Notes under the pieces: model-generated
Told to the model about the DNA's origin: nothing
Seen by the model: the letters and a program-made list of their open reading frames with translations, nothing else
The model's database searches: none
Translations under genes and position numbers: made by a program
Assembly: GCA_951406725.2 (NCBI GenBank)
Contig: OX597815.1
Span: 156,426,001-156,490,000 of the forward strand
Origin: Octopus vulgaris
Taxonomy: Eukaryota
Length of the DNA stretch: 64,000 nt
Reading direction: 5' to 3'
In this document: positions 42,070-56,321 of the stretch, one piece after another
Position numbering within the stretch: position 1 is the stretch's first letter
How the letters are laid out: every line of letters begins with the position of its first letter

Positions 42070-43140
42070 AGTTATTTAACAATCATCATTGCCAGAAAGA
42101 TTGCTCATCATGTTAACGCTATAATCATCCTCAATTTCAAACCAATCATTCCCTTGCGTAATCCATTTGTCGTAAGTGGAATGCTTCTTCTGTGCGCCTT
42201 TGTTCAAGTATACCAGGCCAACAATTCTTGGCTCCCACGGAAGATAATTGGGAAATGAGTACTTCATGAAGAGCTACTTCCGATCTGTAGGCTGCTGTTC
42301 TCTTCATCATGCGATATTGCGGTCTTCATTTATTTGGGGTCTTGTTTTATAGTCTTGGGTTAACTGCAATAATCACGCACACACACACAAACTCACACAT
42401 TACCAAACGAGTCCATTACCCAGAAAAGACGCCGTTATACAGCAACGAATTCAGCCTCTTATCTCCGTCAGCTATTCTATCTTTCCCCAATCTCTTTTCT
42501 TCTATCCTTTTCCTGAATTTTTCCGATCACTTCTTTATGATCCTCCTATACTCCAGTCACATATTGGTTAAGGATAAGTAGTGTGTGTCTCTTCTTACAT
42601 AACCACAGCACGTCATTATCCACCTTCTGATAATTCATATGAGTTTCGCAATTCGCAGTCTTCCCATATATAGGTAAATAGTACACTGTGAAAGAATCAT
42701 TTTAGCCTTTTATGAAACACAAAAGAAACTCTTATAATTTTTTTTTCTATTAATAGCAAACGTTTATATGAATTGTCAAAAGTTTTTGTTGCACTTCTGC
42801 GGCCTACAGACCCTCTACATCTGTTGGAGATTAGTTACTAGCTGGTTTTTATAAGCCATTGTAGTTTTCTTTCCTCCATGTTCGAGAAACAAGTTGCTGT
42901 TCAGTGAGATTTGCATATGAATTTCTGTGGCATCATGTTATTCATTTTTTAAATTCCAGGTTGGATATGTGTGCTTATGACTCACCTGTCAAAAGGGAAG
43001 GATTTACATGTGCTCAATCTGATGGGTTTGCCCGATACTTGCCCACATGGGTCATTAGTCTCCTGGCGGGGACTTTGTCTAAATCTGTTCGCTATTTCAC
43101 AATTGACAGCTACAAACATGACGCCATAAAATTTTGCTAA
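42070..43140 (-). pseudogene. Possible decayed piggyBac-like transposase remnant
   Basis: Only a GKPIR motif and an acidic stretch are recognisable, so the call is weak. Confidence 0.25.
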
Positions 43141-43705
43141 TGTTAACATATCACGTACTAACGTAGAAAATTCACTCACACACAGACGAACAACTTTCCA
43201 AAGCATTAAAAAAAAATTATTGATAAATTAAGGTGGCATACAAAATGGTGCAGGTAATTAATACATTTGAAATGACGCGTAATGATTACCCAATGTCTGA
43301 TGAAACTTTAATGAAAGCTGAAACTAGTGTAACCAATTTCTTTTTGTGGCCAAGAGGATAGCTTGTGGCTTAGTCAGAGTGTCTACTTTTTGACTGCTAA
43401 GCTAAATATGTGTTGACTAGAATCACGCATTCGTAATTTACACAAACGCACACACACACACGAGCGTCTTCTTGCAAAGTTGCTCAAATGAAGACGTACC
43501 TATAAATAATAGTTCACAATATATATTTATAGCTACATCAGCATTTGAAACTTCTCAGAAAGACTTATTTTCAACTTTATCAATGTTCTAAGACTACGCA
43601 CTATAAAATCAATTGCACACACACATATGCGCACGCACACACATACATATGTATATATATATATACATATAGATTTATATATATATGTAATTTTATCTGT
43701 ATATG

Positions 43706-43736
<31 letters not shown>

Positions 43737-43759
43737 GTAATTTTATCTGTATATGTATA

Positions 43760-43828
<69 letters not shown>

Positions 43829-45242
43829 GTATCTATAGATATATACATATACAGATAAAATTACATGTATGTATATGTGTGTGCGTATAAACTTATACAT
43901 ATATATACATTCTGAATGAATTATTTATTTCCTAAAAATATCCACACATACATACACAGGATAAATTCATAATTTTTCTTCTGCATTGAGGAGGTAAGCA
44001 AAAACCTAGCGATGATTGTTAGAGACACTACCTGCTGTTTATTTCAGACGTTGGACTTCGGCCATCCTGGGGCACCACTTTGAAGAGTTTAATGGAACAA
44101 ATCAACTTATTTTTTAACTGTGGTACTTATTCTGTAGGTCTCTTTTGCCGAACCATTGAGTGATAGGGGTATAAAAAAACCAGCACCGGTTGTCAGGTGG
44201 TGAGCGACAAACACGTTCACATTATGCATGCACGCACGCACACATGCGCGGGCATACACATACAAGCATGCACACACATATATGCATATATATTATATAT
44301 ATAAAGTTAATCCAAACAAGAAAGCACAAAGAAACACAACAACGCGAGGACGTGGAACAAACAACGAGCTTCCACAACCAAATTTACGCACAAGGCTTTG
44401 GTCGGCCATGGATTATAGTAGAAAAGTGATAACCAAAGTACTACGCAGTAGAATGAACCCGGAACCACGTATTTGCAACGTGGTGCTTCTTAACTACACA
44501 GTCATACGTTACGCCTGACGAGAAGCTCATTGCACAAAATATTTGTATAATCAAAACGAAAAGGAGCTAAAAGACAATAATTCAGAAGAACCAGTGTCAT
44601 GAATTTGGATACTGAATGTGGTGCACGATAAATTTACCTCACGGATAGGAAATTTAAGTGAAATGTGAAATTTCTTGACAACACGATCAGTTAGGGCATT
44701 TTAGAAATTAAAACATGAGAGATTCAGCGCACACAGACGTACACCTATTCCTAGAATATATAATATCAGTTCATGCTACTGGTTCCTTCGGTTATTTTCT
44801 CTTCGACCTTTATCATTTTAATTATGCAAATGACTTTCGCCCAAGAAGTTTTACAAATCTCTTTGTGTACGTGAAATATTTGTATCTCTTTTTGAAGCCG
44901 ACAAGTGACATTGCCGTACTGATGATACCTATTAGGGTAGAAACAGCTTTTTATTATATTGCCATTTATCCTCGAGCATAAAGGAATATTCTTTGGGGTG
45001 TGAGGAATTATCTCCTCTTGTCATTAAGCGTTGCTAGCAAACATCGCCACGATTTTGTTTATCTTCTTCATTTGCGTTGGAAATTTCAGAAAAGAAGAAA
45101 ATAGTCGTGTACAAGATTGAGTAAAAACTCCATCCAAATTCGAAATTGATATTCAACTGACCCCTTTAACTTATGATACTCGAAGCGCCAAAATAGCTAC
45201 TATCGTGTTATCAATTCCAAAAATAATGCGTGTGTGTGTGTT

Positions 45243-45277
<35 letters not shown>

Positions 45278-46291
45278 GTGTGTGTGTGTGTGTGTGTGTG
45301 TGAGTGTGTGTACGTGTGTGTATGTACGAGTGCGTTTGTTTTAATGCACCACAGAGCGTATGATTTCAATTAAATTAATAAAAGAATGTATGTTTAGATT
45401 GGCTCTAAATATTTTTTCCCGTCCATTTATTGCCAAATCTAAAATCTACACGACAAAACCATATATTCCAAATATTGATCGCTATATAGACAGTGAGACT
45501 ATTGTTGTTATTGTTGTTGCCTATAACCACACCGTCTCTAACAAGATCTACAATCAAAGGTTCCCCACCCTTGACCATTTCGTCTTTGTTCTTTTTTTTT
45601 TATATCAAGATCAAAATGTTATCCAAGATAACTTTCGTATTTGTTTAAACAGCAAATTATGGCCTGAAACAAATTTGACTTCGCTTTAGCTGAGAATGTC
45701 CACTCTGTTCTGATAGCTACCATGAATTTCTGAATACATAGATCTTAATTGTGATATTTCTGTTGTCAGGTCCTATGTTCTTTTTATGAACCCCGAATCT
45801 TCAAGTTTGTCATTATGCCAGGTAAAATAAGGACTGGACTTATTCTATCTCCCCTATCTTTTCTCTTTTCAAAGAAAATATTTCTCCAGCATTTTTTACC
45901 CTCGTTCTGATCTAACGACCATCCATGTTTGTTTTCGTTCGGTTTCCTTGTATGTCTCCATTGTCTTGTTTGTGTTCCGAAATTTGACCCTCCCAAATTT
46001 TTTTTGGTATTTATGGGAGCAACTGTCATCGAAACTCATATTGTCGTTGAGTGCTCGAAATGAGGAATAGATAGATAGCCGACAACTGATGAAGGGTCGT
46101 ACTTTGTGTTACTTGTCCTCTTTCTCATTTGCTTCTCTCATTGTTTGCGTATTGAACTCATTTGTATTTTGTATTTCATGTTTATTGTTGATGACGTCAA
46201 GTACCCATATATATGTATGTATGTACGTATGTATGTATGTATGTATGTATGTATGTATGTATGTATGTATGTATGCATATATATATGTATG

Positions 46292-46324
<33 letters not shown>

Positions 46325-46393
46325 ATATATATATATGTATGTATGCGTATATATATATATTAGATATATATGCATATATATATTATATATATA

Positions 46394-46455
<62 letters not shown>

Positions 46456-46484
46456 TATATTATATATATACATATATATATAAA

Positions 46485-46745
46485 GTTAATCCAAACAAGA
46501 AAACACAAGAAACACAACGCAAGGACGTGGAACAAATATAGTATTATTGAACGCTCAGGAAAGAAAGAAAGAAGGAGGGTTTAACGTTTCGAACGGAGCT
46601 CTTCGTCGGAAACATAGGAGAAGGAAAGATCCAGAGAAGAGAAGACAGAGGAAAAAAAATCGCCAACGGTACACACGAGGTCACATTTTGAAAGACCGGA
46701 AGGGAAAGGGGTGAAGAAAGATGTTTTCAAAGACAAACGAGTAGC
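46485..46745 (-). mobile_element. Short repeat with a minimal HHR-like motif (copies at 44305-44365 and 63652-63815)
   Basis: Minus strand GTTT-CCGACGA-a-GAGC(tcc)GTTC-GAAA-CG-TT-AAAC at 46579-46613. Confidence 0.6.
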
Positions 46746-46749
46746 ATAT

Positions 46750-46781
<32 letters not shown>

Positions 46782-46904
46782 TAGTGAGTAAAATAGTGGA
46801 ATAGTTAATAATAATAAGTATAAGTCTATGATATTAGCAATATGTATTAATAGATAAATAAAGTACACCTATGATTATCAAAAGGTTTTTAATATGTTTA
46901 AAAG

Positions 46905-46995
46905 TTCTTACGATTGTTTCGTGAACATACTTCCTCTTAAAATGAAATTTAAAGTTGATAAGTATAGTTGGGAACTATAATCACTCATCAAAGAA
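46905..46995 (-). ncRNA. Degenerate type I hammerhead motif
   Basis: TTCT-TTGATGA-GTGA...TCAC-GAAA-CAATCG-TA-AGAA, with core C3 changed to U. Confidence 0.55.
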
Positions 46996-47338
46996 TTGAG
47001 TCGAAAGGAAGAGTTTCGGTGGAGGAAATCGAATGAAGAAAATGCTGTTTAAATCGAATTACGAAAATGTTTCTTAAAATAATTGTTGGTATTCATATAT
47101 CTGTGTAGGTATAAATTTGAGCAAAAACTCTAAAGAGGTAGAATAAATCCATGGTAAAAGAAATTCGTGGTAAACATCCGTGATGGCTGTATAGAGATAG
47201 AATATAACTATTCCACAATTTTATTCTCTAATATATAATCGCTCTCATGAATCTCTAAATATCTTTTTTTTGAGATTTTAGACATATTTCATACTAAAGC
47301 ACTGACATCCAGTATACCTTGTTTTCAAAGGACATATT

Positions 47339-47386
<48 letters not shown>

Positions 47387-47389
47387 CGC

Positions 47390-47768
47390 AGAAGCGGCTG
47401 TTTAGTAAGAAGCTTGCTTCCCAACCACATGCTTTCCGGTTCAGTCTCACTGCGTGGCACTTTGGGCAAGTGTTTTCTACTATTGCCTCGGGCCGACCAA
47501 AGCCTTGTGAGTGGATTTGGTAGACGGAAACTGAAATAAGCCCATATATATATATATATATATGTGTGTATGTGTGTGTGTCTGCTTTTGTCCCCCACCA
47601 TTTCTTGTCAACCGATGTTGCTATGTTTACGTCCCCAGTTCGGCAAAAAAACGGATAGAATAAATAGTAGGCATACAAAGAATAAGTTCCGGGATCGATT
47701 TGTTCGACTAAAGGTGGTGCTCCAGCATAGCCGCAGTCAAATGACTGAAACAAGTAAAAGAATAAAAG
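47390..47768 (+). mobile_element. SINE family A
   Basis: Reverse complement of 8186-8600. Confidence 0.85.
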
Positions 47769-50700
47769 GATATAAGAATATAAGAAAGCAATATTACAAG
47801 TGTAAGAAACATGATTCCTCAGTCTCCAGATAGACTCCTAGACTCTCCTCACGACTCACCAGAAGGGACAAATAAAAGAATGGAAACATACTTTCCATAT
47901 GGAAAACTTATTGTTAACTGGTGTTATAATGCATAAAGCAACGGGAAAATTTTACGTCACACTATACAGATTGCGGTTATGATCTTATGTATAATCGCTA
48001 TGCGATGTAATTGGGTGGATGTAATTGGGCTGCAGGCGAGCTTTTGTTTAGTAAACCTACTTCTTTTAGTTTATAACAGATTATATTGTCCAATGTCCTC
48101 TTCCTTTTTAATGATGTAGGATGGGATTTGAAAGCTATTTAGCTACTACTTACAATACGTAGAGCAAACAGCTAAGAGGCTCCAGAATTAAATTGCAGCC
48201 TGAGGTTCAGACAACTTCCATCTTAAATATAGTCCAAACAGTATTTAGATGTGTCGAAGTACAATACATGTGTCATATTTCTTTTGTTAAATGTTTGCTT
48301 AAATGTTGGTCAATTTTCTATTGTAAACCTCTGATCGTTGGTCCAAAATTCTGACGAGAATTCGTAATCTCAAACTAACATCTCCGTTATCAGGTGATAT
48401 ATTTTCTACAGTTTCTGACGTACGAAGATTACATTTCATAGTTGTTCACAGTAAGCTAGAGTTAACATAGAGTCTCTCATCATATGATTTCAAAATAACC
48501 TCTTCAACTATCTTTGTATTACGGAGTTTTGTTTTTAATTGTTTTTATTCACAGCCCAGTCAGAGAAGCAAATTTTCATAAACATTATGAGAAAATGTTT
48601 TTCTCAGAGCTCAAATACATACAAGAAAGCGTGTAATATTTGCGGCTATGTAAGGAGATATATACTTGGAAACATGAAGTCTATAGAGTTGAAGATGAAT
48701 TTTCTGTGCCAGAAATACCGAATGTCTTTGAAAACAGCAGTTCTCAGCAAAGTTTTATCTAAGTTAAGAACATAGATGTTATATTTATAAAAGAAGCAAT
48801 GTTGTTAAACAGTAAAGAACTTCAGTGTAAGAAAACAAATTACGCAAATAAGAAATTCAAATGCTGTCTTGAAATAGAACGTTTATTTACCAAACTCACG
48901 GTCGTAAAAAAATAATTAAAACTAACCTCTAAGACATTATTCCACTGTGCATATAAGTCACTCGTAATAAAAACCCAAATAGGATTCATCCAATATAAGT
49001 TTGAGTCATAATTTTATGACATATCTGAGACAAGCAATATTATCAAAACCAAGTGTAAAGAACACCTTCCTTAAGCAATTATAATTTTTAAAATCTTTCT
49101 AGAACTTTTCTTTACGTACAATTCATTCACCAACTCAGTCTCAAATTTGATTCCATTTCAGATGCCGTTCTAAAATAATGAAGTTTTTAAAGCAAGACCC
49201 TCGAAAATTATTTTTAAAAGTTTTCTGGAGGCTTGGAAAATTTCCCACGGCGATGGAAGAAAGCATAGTAAGGCTGTGCTGTGAAATTATAAACTATACA
49301 TTTTACTACAAATTTATTCACCATCTGATTTTATTTATCGAGAAGTTTCAAGGTTTTCTGAAAATATACCCCAGAATGTTAACGTAGGATTTAGTATTTT
49401 ATGCCAGCTATATTACTGACCTTCAAATGTTTTGTAAAACATACACTAGGTGTTTGAGCAAAAGCTATGCCCACAAAAATGTACCATGTAATAAGTGTAC
49501 TGGCACTATAAACTCTGACAATAAATCATTCAATGTTTACTGCAAGAGTGATCGGGGAATAACAATATGAATTTCAGCTCAACAAAGTGTCCTGTTCTAC
49601 AACATAAGAATGAATACCTCAAAGAAAAAGTTTACATAGAATCCTATCACAAACGTTACCTGTTTTGGAAAGCGTTCCCTCTTGCTAAATTGATTGCTTC
49701 TCATAAATCTATTACCACTCAAAACGTTAGGAAAATTAATATAAATATTTATTACAAAAACTTGTAAACTTTTTTCTGAAAAAATTTCGGGTGTGTGTAG
49801 GGACTGAAATTCCATTTAAGAAGTTAGCTGATAGATTAGGAAGGTGATATCATTTAAAGCTGAAAATTCTTGAAGATAAGATATAACAGTTGGATGTCCC
49901 TATTCAGATATACCAATAAGCAAATATACAATGGACAATGTTCACTGCAGCCACCAGATGATAATTTGATCAAACCATTACAACAATCTTGTCTTTAGAA
50001 CAATTTGGTTATTTCATTTTGTCTTCATAAGCTAGATACTAGCTGAGGGTATGGTGGCAATTACTGGTTTTATGGGTCACCAGCATAAAGATCAACCATC
50101 TCTATGTTACAATCAAAGCAAATCAGATTCCGGTAATAATGATAGACCAGGGGGGAAATTACATTGACAAAGAAAATAAGATAATCATTTTCCCTTCAAT
50201 TATTACATGAACAAAAGATATCCATGGAGCTGTTATCTCATTCAAATTTAAACAATTGACCAAAGTATTTAACCTGTTAGATATATATCTTATTATCAAC
50301 CACTCAAGAATAATATTTATTAAATTTTCTGCTTTCTATTATTTTCAACAACGTAAATGAACACGTTTATAATTAGATATCCTCACTCATACAGTTACAA
50401 AACGCCTACTCTTGATACTGTTAATGGCATCAGACGAGGATGGGCAGCGACCATAATAATTTTCCAGGACCTTCGAGACTGTGTGTTGGGAACGAAAGAT
50501 TTTCCCTCAGACTAAGGATATAACTCAAATGTTCACAATAGAAAAAAAAACCTCTTACAAATGTATTCATGGGTCTAGTAATGGTGTTATATCAGATACC
50601 AGAAGATTCAGTCTACCACCCTAAAATAGAAACGGTTCGTTCGATGGTTTTGCATGTAATTAGTGTCTACAAATTTTCAATCTCAAATGTTTAGCTGATC

Positions 50701-52324
50701 AGAGCTCATGTTAGCCGACGCTTGCTCAAAATGCAAGTAATAGGACTGAACTTAACGCTACGCGGTTGCGAAATGAATTACTTAACTACAAAGACCATGT
50801 CTGAATCTTCAACCAAAGTTAGAGCCACTTAAATTTTTTAAGTGGACCATCATGAAAATATTTCATTTTCATAAGTAGATAAAATAGTTATTGTATTATT
50901 CTTACAAGGCATGGCTGTGTGGTTAAAAAGCTCGCTTTGTAACCACGTAGTCCATAGTCCAATGGTCTAATGATTGAAAAGAGTAAACGATATAAGAGAA
51001 TCGTCATTGTTGTTGTCGACACTTCACATATTGAGTTCAAGTCCTACGGCGGTTGATTTTACTTCTTACTACCCAAAGTGAAGATTGATAATATAAGTAC
51101 CATTGATTGATGTTCTGTATTGAATCGATTCAATCGATTAAAGCTCCAGTCTCCATCATATACTTATAGCCTTGTTCATTAAAAATAATCATTAATGTAT
51201 TGTTGCTATTATATAACTTACATTATTGTATATTGTAGCACTAAGTGCCTAAGGTAAATACAGAATAGTTCGTAGATTATTATGTAAGTTTTGTTTCCTG
51301 TGTATTTTCCTATATATTTTTTTCAAGTTTCAGTTAGAGGAAGGAAAAATCAATGAGCCTTATCGTAGTCATCAATACGGGTGAGAGAAATTAATCTTCA
51401 GGCCGGCCACTTGACTTTAATGCTTCCAACAAACCGGATTGTAACTAAAGGCACCCAAAACCGCGCCGTGATGTTGTTACACTTGATAACAAATTATGTC
51501 CATCACCGAAAGAACTGGATCAAGTCCAACGACGATCCACCACAAAAAAATGCAATCAAATTTAACTCACAAGGCTTTGGTCGATTCGAGATAATGGTTG
51601 AAGATACTTGCCCCAGATGTGGAGTTTGAACTTAAAACCAAGTATTTGTCAAGTGAACTTTATAACCACGCTGTCATGTCCAGCATGGCCACAGCCAAAT
51701 GACTGAAACAAGTAAAAGAGTAAAAGAGTAATATACATTGTGACTAAACATTGGTTTCCTTGTGTATTGTACTGATGAAGTTGTGCAATCTCATTAATTA
51801 GTGTCTCTAAGAGATTTATTTATTTGTTGTTGTTTTTTCTTAATATCCACAGCTCAACAATTATTTCTGAGTTTCGATATTTTTCCTTCTGATATATCCA
51901 ATTAGTTAAAAGGATTTTTACAAAATTTTATGGAAATCTTTTATCAACAATGTTTGAAATGAATCACGCCTTCTGTTTGTTTCATTGTTACAATAACCTG
52001 ACAAAATAGTCTCTTCTGTTATAAAATACTTCTGTCTTTCTTTCATTAAGTATAACTTAAAGGGTTGAAGGGTACCTAAATGTAGAAGGGACGAAATCCA
52101 GTATGAATAATTTTGCAGAAAATGAAGGAAAAAGTGAAGTACAGTGTCGATAAAGGAATAGAGAGCTGGGATTTAGAAAACACTCTGATCTCCACTGATG
52201 AGTTACTGTTTGTTATATATTTTGGTGACCTATTCTATATACGCATCTGCGTTGACGATTGCGACAACGAATACGCATACATGCTAACGGGTACGCTATA
52301 TGTAGCTGTATGAAAGCGAATGTT

Positions 52325-52565
52325 CAAGTGGTTATGGTGTTGCACTCCCGACCCCAAGATCGTGATTTCGATTGCCAGACTAGCTGTGCGTTGTTCTTGA
52401 GCAAAACATTTCATTTCACGTTGATCCATTCTACTCAGCTGTAAATGAGTAAACTTGCGATGGACTGGCGTTCAGTACAGGGATATGTAGGCCTGTCTGC
52501 TTAGCCGTTGTGGTGGCATCATTCGCAAGCTGCCACAATGCGAAGCGTATTGTTACCAGCGTTGT
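52325..52565 (+). mobile_element. Degenerate SINE (B/D type)
   Basis: tRNA-like head, TTCTTGAGCAAAACATTTCATTTCACG, and a family-B tail. Confidence 0.6.
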
Positions 52566-52665
52566 CAGTTATATCCAACAACAGAGAGTCTGGTTGAAAC
52601 CGCGTATGTATGTATATATATATATTTTCATACAGATATATGCACAAATATGCATGCAGATATAA

Positions 52666-52731
<66 letters not shown>

Positions 52732-53539
52732 ATATGTATGTATGTACGTACATATACACAGATATATAGACACACACATTTATATGCTACACTGGTTTGT
52801 CATGTCACACGATCTGAAATCATTTAATGAAACTGTTCATTGTGGTTTAATCACGAGAGTTATTTAAACATACTCATAACATTAAAATCGGTTTAGTTTT
52901 TCATAATAAACTTTTCATATGCTATATATTGTACAATAAAATTTTATCATTAATGCCGCACACCTGCCGTCTTGTCAATGATAAAACGGTGTAGCATATC
53001 AATGTTTTGAACCATTGCTGTATGATGAAATATGTTAACACTTCATAGTATGGAATGTAGCTACGTAATTACGTAACCTGCTAGATCTAGCCATATCTTT
53101 ATTACTAGTGGCTTTAAATCGGATAAAGTACACGAGATGAAGAAGAATAAAAGCTCTAAGTTTCTTTATGGGAAGCCTGTAACCATTTGCAGCACTATCT
53201 TCCGGAAACTGGCCAGCCACCAGATCACCTGCAAATCAAGTGTCACACAAACCTGGAAGAATTCACGCTCATAAGGAAATGAGACATTCAGGTGGCTGTA
53301 AATGCACACACTCAACAAAGACAAGTGATTAGCGGTGTCAAAGCAAGGAGCATGATTAAGAAATTCAAGAGAATCTGGAGAAAGAAAGAATGGAAGCTGA
53401 ATCACCCTGAAACAACTTTCTGTAGATCTTAAAAAGACGCCAAATTCAATAATAGCGTAGAGGCTGTAGAAGGAACTATAACAGGTGGTCACGATAGAAA
53501 GTATTACAAAGAAACCAAAATTTAATATAATTCTATAAC

Positions 53540-53730
53540 TTTTATTTGTCTTAGTCATTGGACTGCAACCATAGTGGAGCATTACCAGGAAGAGTTTAGT
53601 CAAACAAATTTCTAGAGTGGTACCTATTATGACGATTTTTTTGGTTGAATCGCTAAATTGCAGAGACGTAAGCAAACCAACGCTTCTTGTCAAGCGGTGG
53701 GGGACAAACACAAAGACACACACACGCACA

Positions 53731-53785
<55 letters not shown>

Positions 53786-53950
53786 ACAAACACATACACA
53801 CACACAAACACACACACACACAAACACACAAACACACTTAATATTTATACTGCAGGCTTTCACACAGTTTACTTCTACCAAATTCACTCAAAAGGCATTC
53901 GTTAGATCGGGGGATAATGTAGAAGTCTCTTGTCCAAGACATTGCGCAGA
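53540..53950 (-). mobile_element. Degenerate SINE family A (another at about 44055-44505)
   Basis: GTCAAGCGGTGGGGGACAAACAC, internal (CA)n and CTACCAAATTCACTCA. Confidence 0.6.
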
Positions 53951-54302
53951 GGTAATTTATATTGCAAGCTTTCACTGAACTATCGAATATAGCTGAGTGC
54001 ATTTAAGTTACGTACAGTTTTCTTTCGTTTACATGTTTTCTGTCACATTCAAAATGTTTATAGCATCTGTAGTTCATTTTACACTATTTTGTCGCAAGTT
54101 AAGTGTGAGGCTACTGTAGTGTAAGGGAGTACACGAAAGGAAATGTAAGAGCTTAACAGTTCACAAGGATGACGATTGACAGAAAGCTTAAAGAACAGAA
54201 TATCATAGGTGAGAACAAAACGATATTGGTGAGTTCCAGAAAGAATATATAAGAATAAAAGGAATTATAACTAACCAAAATCTCAACAAAGAAACGATGC
54301 TC

Positions 54303-54545
54303 CTAGTAAGAGGAGCGAGAAACACATTTAAAAGTTTTTAGAGATGATACTAGACCAGAAAGTTCATCAGAACTATGGCCATCCGAAGATTCGGATGATG
54401 AACCAAATACTCCTGCACAAAGGTCACTGCAATATTCAAAGCAAGATTGAATGTTGGCTTTATAATGATACGAAAATACTCTCGGAAATAAGAAACTTCC
54501 GAGCAACGAAAAGAGATCCCAACCTTTTTGGCAGTCGCCATGGAT
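54303..54545 (-). pseudogene. Decayed LINE (CR1/L2/Jockey-type) RT C-terminal remnant
   Basis: YKANIQSCFEYCSDLCAG resembles the YKAQIRP.MEYCS..WAG motif. Confidence 0.5.
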
Positions 54546-54738
54546 AAGGCAATGGATTGAATGCATTTCTACCAAGAGAGATCTTTGATCAAAGTCAAAC
54601 CAAAAACGTCAGCTAACGTAGCTTTCTGGTAGATCAGCCTGGATCACAAAAGCTTTGTTTTGCCAGCTTTGAAAATCACCACTTAGTCGCCCATCCAAAG
54701 CTCATCTTCAAGAAAAACGATTGTCCTCTTCCTGTGTG

Positions 54739-54779
<41 letters not shown>

Positions 54780-55211
54780 TACATATATATATTTGTGTGA
54801 ATGTGTATTTGTAACTCTTGTGGTTTCGGATACATATTCGTCTGCATCATATTTTTATGTCTTGAAGCCACCTTCTTGCTGGTTTTAAATTTCAGTCTTC
54901 CCAATATTGTAGTTTTTTCATATCTACATTTCTCTATATCTGAACAATTGCTCTATTTATTTTAATGATACATTTCTATCTGCTGGAAGTGATTCTTCGA
55001 TCAACAGAATTGCTAAAACAGTTAAATACTCTGTGGGATCTAGTTACATCGTTTTTCAATTTGATTTTTGGTTCTTTTAGCTGCAATCCTGCCAATGTCC
55101 TTTTTCTGCAGTTGTTAAAAGAAATATCAATTACGTACTAGGGTTAAATTCAATCGATTATATCCATTTCCCAAAATATCAAATTCTATGCCAATGTTTA
55201 AGATATTATTA

Positions 55212-55415
55212 CGAGGTGGTGATGAAAAGTTCCTGGCTCTGGATAAAAGAAAATGCAGTAGGATCAGTTAATCATGATTTTGTTCAATGTATTCTTCCCT
55301 CAGATTCGCTCACTTATTGCAGTAGTCCCTCAGGTTTTCTAATCCCGGTAAAAGAACGCGGAAGTTTGGACATTTATCGATACTCTTAAGGCTAGGATCT
55401 TTTCAGCACCCCTTC
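55212..55415. mobile_element. Mariner-derived MITE
   Basis: TA|CGAGGTGGTGATGAAAAGTTCCTGGC ... GCTAGGATCTTTTCAGCACCCCTTCG. Confidence 0.7.
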
Positions 55416-56321
55416 GAAGAATCGTAATAAGTGTTGCCTAGGTGGAAACAGTAGCGTAGTGGACTAAACACTATGCAACGGGCGTTTATTTACGTTACTT
55501 TTGTTACTAATGAGTTGGTAAAATAAGTACCTGTCGCGGCTTTCTATCAATATATTCCCAAGAATAGTCAGAACGGCAGAGAACTGAACGATATCATAGT
55601 ATTTAGCCTCGTCAGTTTACATACCTAAAAATCTCATCTTGGTTTCAATTTAATCTACTAACATGTCTCCTCTGAAACTTCTTGGCTATAGTCCCATACG
55701 GGAAATTCTTATAATTGCAACCATCTTTCCTCCCCGTCCCACATAGTATGATTTATATAATTTAAAAAGCACGTCAATATTTTCCTTTCTTATGTAATAT
55801 ATTAAAAGTTTAATCTTGGGTGGCATACTTACAACTTTTCTGTTTTAATGATTGCGCAAAAACACGTTCTGGCAACGTTTTCAGACTCTAGTGTTTATTA
55901 TTTTCTGGATCTTGCCAATGTCTATACTTATTAGTAAAATCTCCATGCTTTCATTGAAGCAGCTATGTATTATTCCAATTAGAAATGAAGCGGTGGACAT
56001 ATTTCTTGCATGCCTGAATGACTTTAAGTTAATGGCTGATTCACTCTAATTCCTTTGCTTTTCAAATCGTTTCTCATAATGTAGACCTTTCTATTGCAAT
56101 GTCAATTATTAAATTACTATTGTTGTTCTTATAATGATATATAGAATTAGAATAGATTCCCTTGTGTTAATTCAGGATATGTCTGGATGCTAACGTCCTA
56201 CAATGCTTTTCAGGAAACAATCAAACATCCAAATTTTTTGTAGCAATTTTAGTTATCTCTCTCTATTATATGTGTGTGTGTTTGTGTATGCGTGTGTGTG
56301 TGTGTGTGTGTATTAAGAAAG

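Noticed and set aside
42984-43110. Possible minus-strand exon (tttgtag ... ag|gtgagt)
   Set aside because: It is isolated, has no partner exons or recognisable host protein, and may be a transposase relic. RNA-seq would decide.
43292-43336. CTGATGA-aaCTTT(aatg)AAAG-ct-GAAA-CTAGT motif
   Set aside because: Helix II and the palindrome are present but there is no helix I, which is insufficient to call.
48000-50400. Possible decayed hAT transposase on the minus strand
   Set aside because: Only vague motif hints and no sustained reading frame. An HMM search would be needed.
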